Origin: Vicugna vicugna
Taxonomy: Eukaryota
Assembly (NCBI GenBank): GCA_013265495.1
Contig: MU058213.1
Span: 2,728,001-2,792,000, forward strand
Direction of reading: 5' to 3'
Length of the DNA stretch: 64,000 bases
Made by a program: the position numbers and the translations under genes. Below, one piece after another: positions 50,596 through 61,399 of the stretch (within the stretch, counting starts at the first letter, position 1; each line of letters starts with the position of its first letter). The notes beneath the pieces are model-generated. The model was given only the letters and a program-made list of their open reading frames with translations. It was not told the DNA's origin and did not search any database.

Positions 50596-52299
50596 TGTTT
50601 ATCTTTAAGGACCAAGTAGGAAGGAGGCAATTTAAAATAATCCTCTTGTAAGAAATAAAAACTCAGTCTGATGTAGGTGTTATTCCTTAGAATCCAATAA
50701 GGCAGAGAAGGGAGGAGGCCCGGAGGTACATAAAACTAACCCCCCTTCTAAGACGCGGGGGCTGCATTCTATGGGGAGGATCCCTTGGCCCGAAGGCCAG
50801 CCTGTGAAAGTGCTGGGTGAGGGAGGGCCTCAGAGGAAGCAGGGAAATTAGGCTGGGCCAGAAAGTTGGCCCCTGACTGTGGTTTGAGATGACCTCTCCA
50901 CTCAGAGCCACAAAATTCCTTATATATTTGGTGTGGTTAGAATGTTTATTATGAATTCTAGAAATAAACAGTATTTTGAAACCAGGCAGCAACAGAAATT
51001 TAAAAGTCCCCCACAGAGAGAAGAAGCATAACCCTGCAGTGGTAAAGTCAGAAATGCAAAAAAAACAAAAAGAAGTGTGAAATTGGAGTTTTAAGAAAAT
51101 GTTGCCTGAGCTTTTAAGGATATGTTGTTCCCAAGTGAGATGTGAGTTAATTCAAATACAGTTAATATCATAGGTAAGCAGAATGCGTGGGAAATAGATG
51201 ATCTGATTCACTAATTTTGAAACTTCTCAGTTTCTCAACTCTTCACTGTTTAAAGTATTTTTTTTTTAAAGCACACACACAAGTTTTCTTCCCTAAATAG
51301 GAATAGTCTCTTGAATGTTACTGACTCTTCCTTTGATCACAGATCCTTCAGTACCTCCAACACATCATTTTAAACATCATTACCTCTGCACAAGGATTGA
51401 AGATACAGGATGTGCTAACATTGGGCTGAATCCATTTGGGCTTACGCATCCCTGGAAGATGCTTCTCTGGAGGGAGATAAATCTTGAATATAAACTACTT
51501 CTTACTCCTTGCCTCCTTACCATGAAATATGAACATGGCCAAAAAAAATCTGTTAATTAAGGATTTTGATTAGTCTGAGTTCTTAAGACTGCACTCTCAA
51601 CAGAGCAATTAGAGCAACATTTCTTTTCTGATAGATTTTCAAGAAAGGTCCTGAAGCTTATAACTGACTTAATTTTTTTTTTAACTAAGAATTTGGAAGC
51701 AAAAATTCTACTCTCATTTGAACTTCTTTCAATTTGCAGACACAGTATTTTAAATTCTAGTTCTACTGTGGAACAAACCTAGATTGAATAACTTAGAATT
51801 AATAAAGGATACTGTTTGCATTGGGAAATTGTATCCATAAACAGAGTTTTTGATACACAATGGCAAGTTCTGTTTAAGACGTTTATGCTTCTGGGAGCTC
51901 TTTCTCCCATGTCTCCATTGGATTATTTGTACACAGATCAGTGTCCACGAACTTTAAACAGCACTAACATTAATTTCTAGTGTTGTAAAAAAAAATCTCT
52001 AAATATATAAACATTTTCAGGTTGAGGATAAATTTGATTCTGAATTCATATCTGATTTTGAATCTTTTCTTGAAAGTAAGATGCCAAAGTATTCAAATTC
52101 TTTGTTTAAAAAAAATGAAAATGGCACATAACTAGGCAACTGATAAGAGCAGACTACATGTCCGTGAGATAGTTCACAGAAGCATTATCCACGGGGATTA
52201 TGGACAGCAGCTCTTAGGGAGGACGGCAGATCAAAATTTTCAAGGTTATGTTCACGGTAAACTCTGTTACAGAGAGAGGAGGCATGCATGAACCAAATA

Positions 52300-52636
52300 C
52301 AGTCCTCACCCCTCTTATTTGTGGTTCCCCATTCTGCAGTTTCAGTTACCACTGTCAACCATAGTTTGAAAACACCCAATGGAACATTGCAGAAATAAAC
52401 AATTCATAAGTTTTAAATATGCACGGTTCTGAGTAGCATGATGAACTTGAGCCACCCTGCTCTGCTCCACTGGGGACATGAATCATCCCTTTGTCCAGCG
52501 TTTCCACACTGCATACACTAACCACCCCCTAGTACAGGAAAAAACATAGTATCTGTAGGGTTCAGTATTACCTACAGTTTCAGGCATCCATTAGGGGTCT
52601 TGGAACGGATCCCCTGCAGAGAAGGAGGAACTATTA
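52300..52636. mobile_element. MER44A-like Tigger MITE
   Basis: ta|cagtc...cttatttgtgg, gaaataaacaattcataagttttaaat, gaatcatccctttgtccagcg, tttcaggcatccattaggggtcttggaac; TA flanks. Confidence 0.8.
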
Positions 52637-52689
52637 TAGCATGAAGTATCACTCAACTAGGGTCATCTAGCTACTGCCACACCTAAGTG

Positions 52690-53790
52690 AGGCAATGAAG
52701 ACCAGTCATGAGCCCTGAAACACAACTCTCTCTTGGAGACATAGGACGCACAATTAATTTTGCCAGGAATCACCACATGTTCCAGGTGGGGCTTCAATAA
52801 GCAGTAGTACCCAAGGTCTTACAGAGAGAGCATCTGACCCACTGCTGGGGCACACCACACATCCTCACATCAGACCAACAAACTCACTTCACACCAAAGG
52901 AAATAAGGTTGATGGCCATGAAATCCACTGGTACTTACTTCACTACACAGAAACTTCTGGCCTAATCGTGTGTTGGGATGGCCTCCTGAAAGCACTGCGG
53001 AAGACCCAGAGGAGAGACACCATATCCTTCCAGCATGGGGCACCATCCTCCAGTATGCCAAGTCAATCACCATTATATGTTACTTTGTCTCCACAAGGGA
53101 GAACAAATGTGTTTTAGAATAAAGGTATCAAAACAGTAATGGCCGCCATTACCATCACGACCAGTCTCCCATGTGGGGAATGTGTGCTTACCACTTTCCC
53201 AAACTCTGTGCTCTGCAGATTCAGAGGGAAAACCTTCTGCAGCAGATATAGCAGAACTCCCATTGGTCCTAAGAGATGGCTGCCACGTGGGCACGTTGGG
53301 TACCATGTGTCCAGGGCCAGCAACAAAAAGGAGGACTCACCATCTTTTTGGGTAATTGACCAAAAGAGGCAAGGATAACTGACCTCATTGTCAAGAGAAG
53401 GTGGAAATGCTGTTACACACTGCAGTAGGGAGAAACATGTTTGGCTCTCAGGTGAATGCCCTATCTTAGCACTCCCTCACCCAATTTTGTTGATAAATCC
53501 ACAACTGCCACAGCCACAGCCTACGAAAGATGTGGTAAACAGAACTGGCTCCCCCCAGGGATGCTGTCCCCCAACAAGGAAATCCCCTCAACCAGCCAAG
53601 GAATTAACCAAGATAAGAGGTCTAGCACAGATCATAATAGAGTTTAGCCTCGAACCCAACTATTGCAGCAAGAGGTGCCATTTCTGCCATTAACCCTCCT
53701 TTCACAAGTTTCCACCAAAAAAGTGGCCCACCAGTATCCTGAAGGAGCCACTTCCAAAACTTACGTGAGACTAGTGAATCACAGGGGACA
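52690..53790 (+). mobile_element. ERVL-class internal remnant: integrase core and dUTPase (ERV3-16A3-like)
   Basis: Frameshifted translations GTPHILTSDQQTHFTPKEI and HEIHWY...SGLIVCWDGLLK (ERVL integrase SDQGTHF / GLIERWNGLLK) and LPRGHVG (dUTPase LPPGHFG). Confidence 0.75.
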
Positions 53791-54152
53791 CATGGACCAT
53801 GGTGAATGCCACACGTCCACCAACCCACTGCAGGAATGAGGGACTTATTTCCTCGCTCAGCATGGCCTCAGTGAATGAGATGCCCTCTTCCCTTATCAGC
53901 CCTACCCAAGGACTGGTTGACATGGAGACATAAGGGCCCAGCCCTTCTTCCCAAAAAGGAACAGCTCTGAAGGGGCTTTCTCAACTGCAGAGCTGAGTCC
54001 TTGCTGTGACAGCATCACAGCCCAGACCTTCCTACTTCCTGCTTCCTTCTCTTCCCTCAACTGGTGCTGACCCAAGACTGCTCCCTAACAAACCTCCTCC
54101 ACCCTGATTTCCACCTTCAGAGTCTGCTTCCTTGCATGAACAGTCTACAACA
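53790..54152 (+). mobile_element. LTR16-like ERVL 3' LTR
   Basis: ctccctaacaaacctcct...tcagagtctgcttcc...tacaaca terminus, directly downstream of the ERVL internal remnant. Confidence 0.7.
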
Positions 54153-54545
54153 ACCACGTTTACCTAAGGAAGCTGTTATGCACCCCTGCCAAATTAAAAG
54201 AAGAAAAAATTAATCTCACTATTATATGTAGTCCATATTTTTTTTCTATATCCTTGCAGGATTTTTTCTTTCTCCTCTTAAAGTCTTTCAAAGAGCAAAG
54301 AAAATTTTCTCCTCAAGTGTATTTATGCTCTAACAAGAGCTACACTATCCAAGATTATTTTTAAAATAGCTACTTAAGGTAGCTAAAGAACCAAGATGAA
54401 TAGGATGAAAGGATCTGATTATGGAATAAGATATTTGAGTTTCTTGGCAAAGAAGTTGGTGAAATGTTTATTACACATAATTGGCATATAACCTTAAGTT
54501 GATCTAATGTATTAAAATCAAGTGACTTTTATATTAGGATCAATT

Positions 54546-54608
54546 TTTTTTAATAGAAGTGTAATCAATTTACAACATTAGTCTCTGGTATACAGCACGG
54601 TGATTCAG

Positions 54609-54644
<36 letters not shown>

Positions 54645-55000
54645 TCTTTTTCTTTATAGGTTACTACAAGATACTGAATATAGTTCCCTGTGCTATACAT
54701 TAGGTCCTTGTTGTTTACCTATTTTATATAGAGTAGTTAGTGTCGGCAAATCCCAAACTTCCAATTTATCCCTGCTCCCCTTTCCCCTCAGTAACCGTAA
54801 GTTTTTTCTATGTCTGACTTTCTATTTTTAAGTAAGTTCATTTGTGTTGTGTTTTTTTTTAGATTCCACATATGAATAATATCATATGGTAATTGTCTTT
54901 CTCTGTTTACTTACTTCACTTAGTATGATAATCTCCAGGTCCACCCATCTTGCTGCAAATGGTTATGATTTCATTCTTTTTTACAGCTGAGTAGTATTAC
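54546..55000 (-). mobile_element. Young camelid-type L1 3' end with an internal (AC)n run
   Basis: Reverse 3'UTR and ORF2 end; exact 11-bp TSD taggatcaatt (54535-54545 / 55001-55011); (AC)n at 54611-54642. Confidence 0.92.
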
Positions 55001-56948
55001 TAGGATCAATTATAATACCATTTGCTAGCCCCTCTTTCTTGTTTTCTCCTTTCTGTCTTTGCTCTCCTCTCCATCTCTGGAATCTGTTTCAAGACTGAAA
55101 TCATGGTAACTCTGCTCTCCTACTGTTGTTGTTTATATCTGATAACTGTACCACCCTGGACCTGCCAGACTGCTCCATTAGCTATCCACTGACTTGAAGC
55201 ACCCACTGCCCAGACCTGCAGGATCCAGCAGTGTTCTGTATCTGCCTTAATTAAACACCTTGTTCTGACCAAACATATTTGTTCTTAATTACTATACCGA
55301 GGAGTCACATCTTACTCCCAGGTTAGGTTCTAACATCAGTCTGTAAGGCAGAAAGTAGATCACCAGCACCCTTGAAAATCCTGTAAGAACAGGGGGGAAA
55401 ATTCTCAATAAAGGTATCACTGCTGTATTTGATTCCAGCATTCAAATCAATCACCCTGAAATGTTTGGCATCCACTTAAGGAGACACTCTCTGTCCCCTT
55501 ACAACAGTACCTACCGTGATTAAACACTAAAGTTCCACTTAACTTAGCAAGATGCTGACTGTATTAAGAAACTCGAGACCCACTGAGGGAAAGGCCATTT
55601 CTGCTCATTGAGAGAAATCACTGGTGTACTCACCTATACCACATAAATCATTATTTTTCCTTGATCTTTTTTCTTTCTTGGTTCATTTGTTTAAATCATT
55701 ATATATATACCTGAATTTCTGTAAGTTAAATGTGTGCACCGAAGGATGCAACTTGGACAGGATAACCAGACCACCTCACCCCAGCAGCTGTTCAGCTCTT
55801 GCCTGTGCAAATGCAGCATCTTGCTGAAACCCTGTCCCTGAACCTGTTTCACATGACTATTTCAATTCTTCCAGATTATTTCAATTTATGTATTTCCACC
55901 TACTAATTTCCGCCCATGTATGTAATTCCACCCATTCCAATTCAACCTCAGCCCCTGTTGACTTTTCTATTTATATAAGCATTGACCCCAAAGGAGCCTG
56001 AGCTCCACTTAGCTACTGGATTATTACACAGAAGAAAAAAATAAACACGACACTGCATTCACATGAACACATTAGCTTTTTACAAGTCAGATCAACCCTG
56101 GCAGTGAATCTCACTGTCCATCTCTTGGTTCATTAATGTTATAAGCAAACCTATCTCTGTGGGCCGATTTTAAACATGAGAGAAATTAACACAGTTGCAC
56201 TAATGCAATCACAATGTCAATAATTTATAATGTGAGAAAAGAAATTAGTAAGCCACATTTTAATTATATGAGTTCATCCTGACATACTACTTATGTGACA
56301 TCTGAAAATTTATTCACTTAGTAATTACTCTGGGCAAGATGGTTTAATAAATGATAATCAAATACATTACAGTTGCATCCTTTTCTCTCAGCAATATTTT
56401 TTCCCCATCCTACTGGACAGTTGTAAAAATATCCCCTGGGGTAAAATGTATTCATCTCCTCCAAATTTAAGCTATGTGAGTGTTTACAAATCATGTTAGT
56501 TAAATATGCTACCAATGAGAGAACAAGTTGCTCCATAAACAAGTGCCCATCTGAAAGATTACTGTATGTTGATGAATTTCATATTTGCTCCAAAGTGGCA
56601 ATAAATGGAGAGGTAGATAGTAGCTTGAAAATTCAAAGCATGTTAAATTCAGCAGCACATTGGATCATTTTAGGAGTTACACGGTTCTAAAAATCCAAAA
56701 CCATGTTACATTTGTGGAAAACAAAGCTAAAGCTCCTAATAACATTAAAGATTCAAAAGAAAGTATTTTTTTTCTCTCATTTGTTTTCTGACAGGCCTAT
56801 ATTCAGTTTTGCCTGTATGTGTGTGTGTGACAACAGTTCTAGTGATATATCTAGCTTACGAGACACAAGACAGACTCACTCCTTTGATATTCTGAAGTCA
56901 TTCTGGTTCTCTAGCAAGTTGGATACTTGAGGAGGAATGCTTGAAAGG

Positions 56949-57075
56949 TTTTTTTGGGGGTGGGGGGAGCTGGTGATTTGATTGATTGATTGATTAATGG
57001 AGGTACTGGGCATTGAACTCAGGACCTCGTGCATGCTAAGCACACACTCTACCACTGAGCTATACCTCCACCCCC
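56949..57075 (-). mobile_element. tRNA-Ala-derived SINE (Vic-1 type, camelid-specific)
   Basis: Minus strand ggggg...tatagctcagtggtagag...gcttagcatgcacgaggtcctgagttcaatgcccagtacctcca with A box, AGC anticodon loop and B box, then (atca)n, C-rich tract and A tail. Confidence 0.85.
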
Positions 57076-57570
57076 AAATTTGCAGGTATGATTAGGGTTA
57101 CAAATTTTCAAATGGAGAGATTTTGGATTATACAAGTGGGCCCAATATAATCACAGGAGTAATTAAAAGCAAAGGAGCATATCAGTGAAATCATATGGAA
57201 GAAGGAGGAAATATTTAAAGCATGAAAGGGACTCAGCCTGCCATGCTGGCTTTAAAGATGGTGGAAGGAGGCCACAAGCCAAGGAAAGCAGGTGACTGCC
57301 AGAAGGAGAAGACAGCCTCCATGGGTACTCTGCAAGAAAATGGCATCTCAGTCCTACAACCACAAGGAAATACTTCTACCAACAACCCAAATATGCAGAT
57401 ACTGGAGTTTCCCCGAGAGCCTCCAGGAAGGAACACAGCCTGCTAACATTTTGATTTTAGTCCATGAGACCATGCCAGCCTTCTGACCTACAGGATTTAC
57501 ATAAGCTTTCTATTGTTTGAAGCCAATAAATCTGCAGCACTTTGCAGTACAGCAACAGAAAATGAATACA
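57076..57570 (+). mobile_element. MLT1-family MaLR LTR (MLT1E-like)
   Basis: gtgggcccaatataatcaca...ctcagtcctacaaccacaaggaa...ttctgacctaca...cagcaacagaaaatgaataca terminus. Confidence 0.85.
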
Positions 57571-57589
57571 CAGGCACATAGTAGATACT

Positions 57590-57800
57590 CAATAATAGAA
57601 AATAAAATAGCAATTCTGTGCTGGAATACTGGAAATTAAAAATGTTTTACATTATTACCTAATTCTCACAGATACCTTGTGAATTTGATGTTAATTTTTC
57701 TATTTTTGAAAAGAAGTAACTAAGGCTAAAAGTAATTTGTCAAAGATCACCCAGTTTTTGCCCTAACTTTCTGACTCCAAGGCTGAAATTTTCCTCTATA
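57590..57800 (-). mobile_element. MIR SINE
   Basis: taattctcaca...aagtaactaaggct...taatttgtcaaagatcaccca...tctgactccaa. Confidence 0.55.
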
Positions 57801-58849
57801 TATTGCATCGTTACTTCCCAAAGGTATTATTTTGATTTATATGCCACTTGAGAGTTTGCAAATCACTCTGTATCTACATTATCTCTTCAGTCCATCTCCT
57901 ATAAATCTAAAATGTCTGACCTTCACAATGAATAAAAATGGACTAGATAAAAGTAATATGTGATATAAGCTAAAAATAACATATGTAATAACTGTAACTA
58001 AAATTCATTAAACACATGCTCTGTGCCTGGTACTGTTCTAAACACCTCATGTAAGTTAGCTCATTTAGTAATATGAGTAATATGTATGGCCAGATAGTAA
58101 TATGATGGCAATTACTCCAATTAAGTTCCCATTGGCATTTTCTGCTTAAGAGCAGTTGGTTTTATCAGATTTATATAGTCCTATTAAGCTTAATCTCTGA
58201 TATTAATTATGACAGAAGAAATAGTCAAATACTGTTATATTTTATAGCTCAGATATAAAAATACATAATAAAGTAGACTTCTTTGTATCCTGTTTCTTTT
58301 CTTATTGAGAATTATGATTTTAAAAATACATCTTGCATTTGAATAACAAAATGAGTTGTTTAGATGCTAAAATATGTCCATAGAAAACACATGTCCCCCA
58401 GATATAAGGCTCCCTGGAGAGATACAATTTGTAAATGTTTAATCACAGTTTAAGGTGTTAATTGGCACAGCAAAGAATTCTTTCAGGCAAAATTATTTTT
58501 ATTACTTTGGACCTAGATATTAAAATGGAAATTAGACAGAATAGAAAATGAATGCATAATTCTGCTGGTATGCATTCAAAATTACACCAAATTGTAGAAG
58601 TTCTTTTAATGCTCTTATACTGCTGTCATTTGACTTTCGTATTTCTAACACCCTATATACGAACTTAGGGCATCTGCATCAAAAAATGAAAGATGGGATA
58701 TTTCCATATGTGTACACACACGTCAACAACCAACCTAAAACTCTGCCATCTCATTTAGAGTGAAGGCCAGTTACAACCATTAAGTATCAAAAAATGGTGC
58801 CTTGCCTCAAATATTTTGTGCCAGTGTCCTCCATCCCAATTGTACTACA

Positions 58850-59155
58850 TTCAGTTAACACTCAGTTCCTCACCTTTTTCACATACACTTTTTGCCCTGT
58901 TTCTTTTGCCTAACCTGTCTTCCTTTTGTCTACTTGACAAATCACAGTTCAGTGGTCTTGATCCAACTTGAATCCTGCATCATATGTGAAGATGTTCAGG
59001 TATTTACCACATTTATCTGTTCATGTGTCTCCACCATGGACCCTAAAGTATCTAGAAGTCAGGGGCCACGAATTAGTCATTCCTAAAACCCTGGAATCAG
59101 TAGTTCCTGTTGTACACACAGTATACACGTAACACAAATACTGGTTAAGTAAATG
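58850..59155 (+). mobile_element. L2 3' fragment; an opposed L2 end lies at ~59185-59330
   Basis: atgtgtctccacc...tctagaagtcagggg...cacacagtatacacgtaacacaaatactggtt terminus. Confidence 0.45.
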
Positions 59156-60509
59156 CTTTGCATGCAAAGTATACAAATGTATTTATTCATATTTTCATCC
59201 TTTCAACAGAAATGTACCCAGTGCTTTTCAGATGCCAAGCAATTTGTCCCGCATGAGAGATACAAAGAAGATAATGACACACCCTTGCCCTTAGGAGGTG
59301 GACACTCTTGTGAAACCCTAACAACAGGAACTCAACACACAATGTGACAAGTTCCTTAATGGAGGCGATTGTTTTTTTATTAGGGAAAGAAGCTGTCATA
59401 AGTCAGTCAACTAACTCTTTCCTACTAGGTAACCTGGGGGAATTTGGGGAATTAGGTCTTTATCAGCAATGAGCCAAAAAACAATAAAGCTATTATTTGT
59501 ATAAGGCAAATAAAGAACTACTAACTTAATACCAGAAACTTACAATACTTGACTTTAGAGACTCCACGAAGCTTGAAAGATAACATTGTAGGATAAACAA
59601 GTGTCCACCTCTACCACTGTTCACAGCCAGTAGTCATTATGGAAATCTCTACACCAAGAGATGATACTGGCTGGATTTTTTAAAATTACAGATTATGAGT
59701 AGTATAAATACTTTTCTCATGAGTCAATTCTCTGCAATTTGTTAAAGAAAATTAGTAGAATTTGCAACGCAATTCTAATGTTCTGAGATCAGAAGGAACA
59801 GCTATACTTTTATAGTTGGTTTTAGGGCTACAATAGTATAAGACACGTTCCTCCAGGTGAGAAAGAGGAGCCATAAACCTTATACTGCAAATTCAACTAC
59901 TTTTTCATAGTTCAAATTACAGTATATTAATATTAGTCTAAGAGTCCTCAAAAAATGGAGTAAATTTGTATGTATAACAAAAAGGAAGTGAAGAAAATTA
60001 GGGGACTCTATGTTCTGGATTAATATCACATTTCAGTAACATTTACCAACAAAAATAAACATGTTTTATAAAACATACAACGCTGTCAAGCCACATCTTC
60101 ATTAGGCTAGCTGAGTAACCCAACATTATGAAATTCTATTTCTCACCTTCATCCATCACCTGAAGTCTGACATCTAAGAATAAGGCAGTAGCTTTTGGTT
60201 GTTCAAGAGGAGTTTTCTTCTTCTGCCACAAAGAAGGACACCACAGCATTTCCCACACAAATTAAAAAAAAAACAAACCAAAAAAAACCCCATAGCAACT
60301 GTTTCTCTTCCAAACCCTTGGCTCATCCCTAAGAAGAAGGTCTGTGCTTTTGCACTTACATCTTGTATCTTCCTCTAAAGATGAACGGCAAGACCAGTAT
60401 TCATTATTCTGTAACTACAAGCCTGAGTCTCCCTATACCTACTAACAGCTCTGTCATCATGCCTCATGGTACAACTTTCCACCTACTCCAAACTGTTAGA
60501 TTAAAACAA

Positions 60510-60740
60510 CAATAAGAATGGTCATTAACAACAATTACTGAACACTTACCTACATGCCACACTACTCTGAGTGCTTCACATGCACTTCTCATTTAATCCT
60601 GACATCGAGCAAATAATGCCGAAACTAGTATTATCCTCACTTTATAGATGAAGAGACCAAGGCACTAGGAGATTAAGCAAATTGTCCTAACTTATGTGGT
60701 AAACCACAAAGCTGGGATCTGTTCTCAAACTTCAGTCAGG
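60510..60740 (-). mobile_element. MIR SINE
   Basis: tactgaacacttacc...ctcatttaatcct...ttatcctcactttatagatgaagagaccaaggcact. Confidence 0.75.
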
Positions 60741-60932
60741 CACATTTTCCAGTGGCTTTTTGGGAACGGTATTGGCAAGTATATTTTTTGAGTACCTGCA
60801 TATTTGAAAGTGACTTTTATTATCATACTTGAAAAATAGCTGGACATAAAATAATAGGCTGAAAACATTTTCATTCATAACTTTAAAGATAATGATTCCA
60901 GTACTGCTACTGTTAAATTTGATGTCATTCTT

Positions 60933-61290
60933 TTCTTTTTAACATTTTTATTGATTTATAATCATTTTACAATGTTGTGTCAAATTCCAGTGTTCAGCAC
61001 AATTTTTCAGTCATTCATGGACATATACACACTCATTGTCACATTTTTTTCTCTGTGAGTTACCATAACATTTGGTGTATATTTCCCTGTGCTATACAGT
61101 GTAATCTTGTTTATCTATTCTACAATTTTGAAATCCCAGTCTATCCCTTCCCACCCTCTACCCCCCTCCCCGNNNNNNNNNNNNNNNNNNNNNNNNNNNN
61201 NNNNNNNTTTTAGATTCATGAGCGATCTCATATGGTATTTTTCTTTCTCTTTCTGGCTTGCTTCGCTTAGAATGACATTCTCCAGGAGCA
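60933..61290 (-). mobile_element. Young camelid L1 3' end inserted in an old minus-strand L1 ORF1 remnant; spans an assembly gap
   Basis: ttttattgatttataatcattttacaatgttgtgtcaaattccag...cttcgcttagaatgacattctcc; flanked by a ~36-bp direct repeat. Confidence 0.9.
61173..61207. other. Assembly gap (35 N)
   Basis: Run of n bases. Confidence 1.
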
Positions 61291-61399
61291 TCCAGTACTG
61301 CTGTTGTTAAATTTGATGCCATTCTTATTTGCATGTGTCCTGGTTTCTTTTTCTGAGTTCTCCAAGAATTGTCTTTTGGGAAGGAAGGCCGCCATCTCA

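Noticed and set aside
55634..55710. Possible 77-nt minus-strand exon (donor TAG|GTGAGT)
   Set aside because: Acceptor lacks a polypyrimidine tract and all frames have stops; too weak to call.
56995..57075. tRNA-Ala gene
   Set aside because: Imperfect stems, a SINE-type tail and insertion context indicate a SINE.
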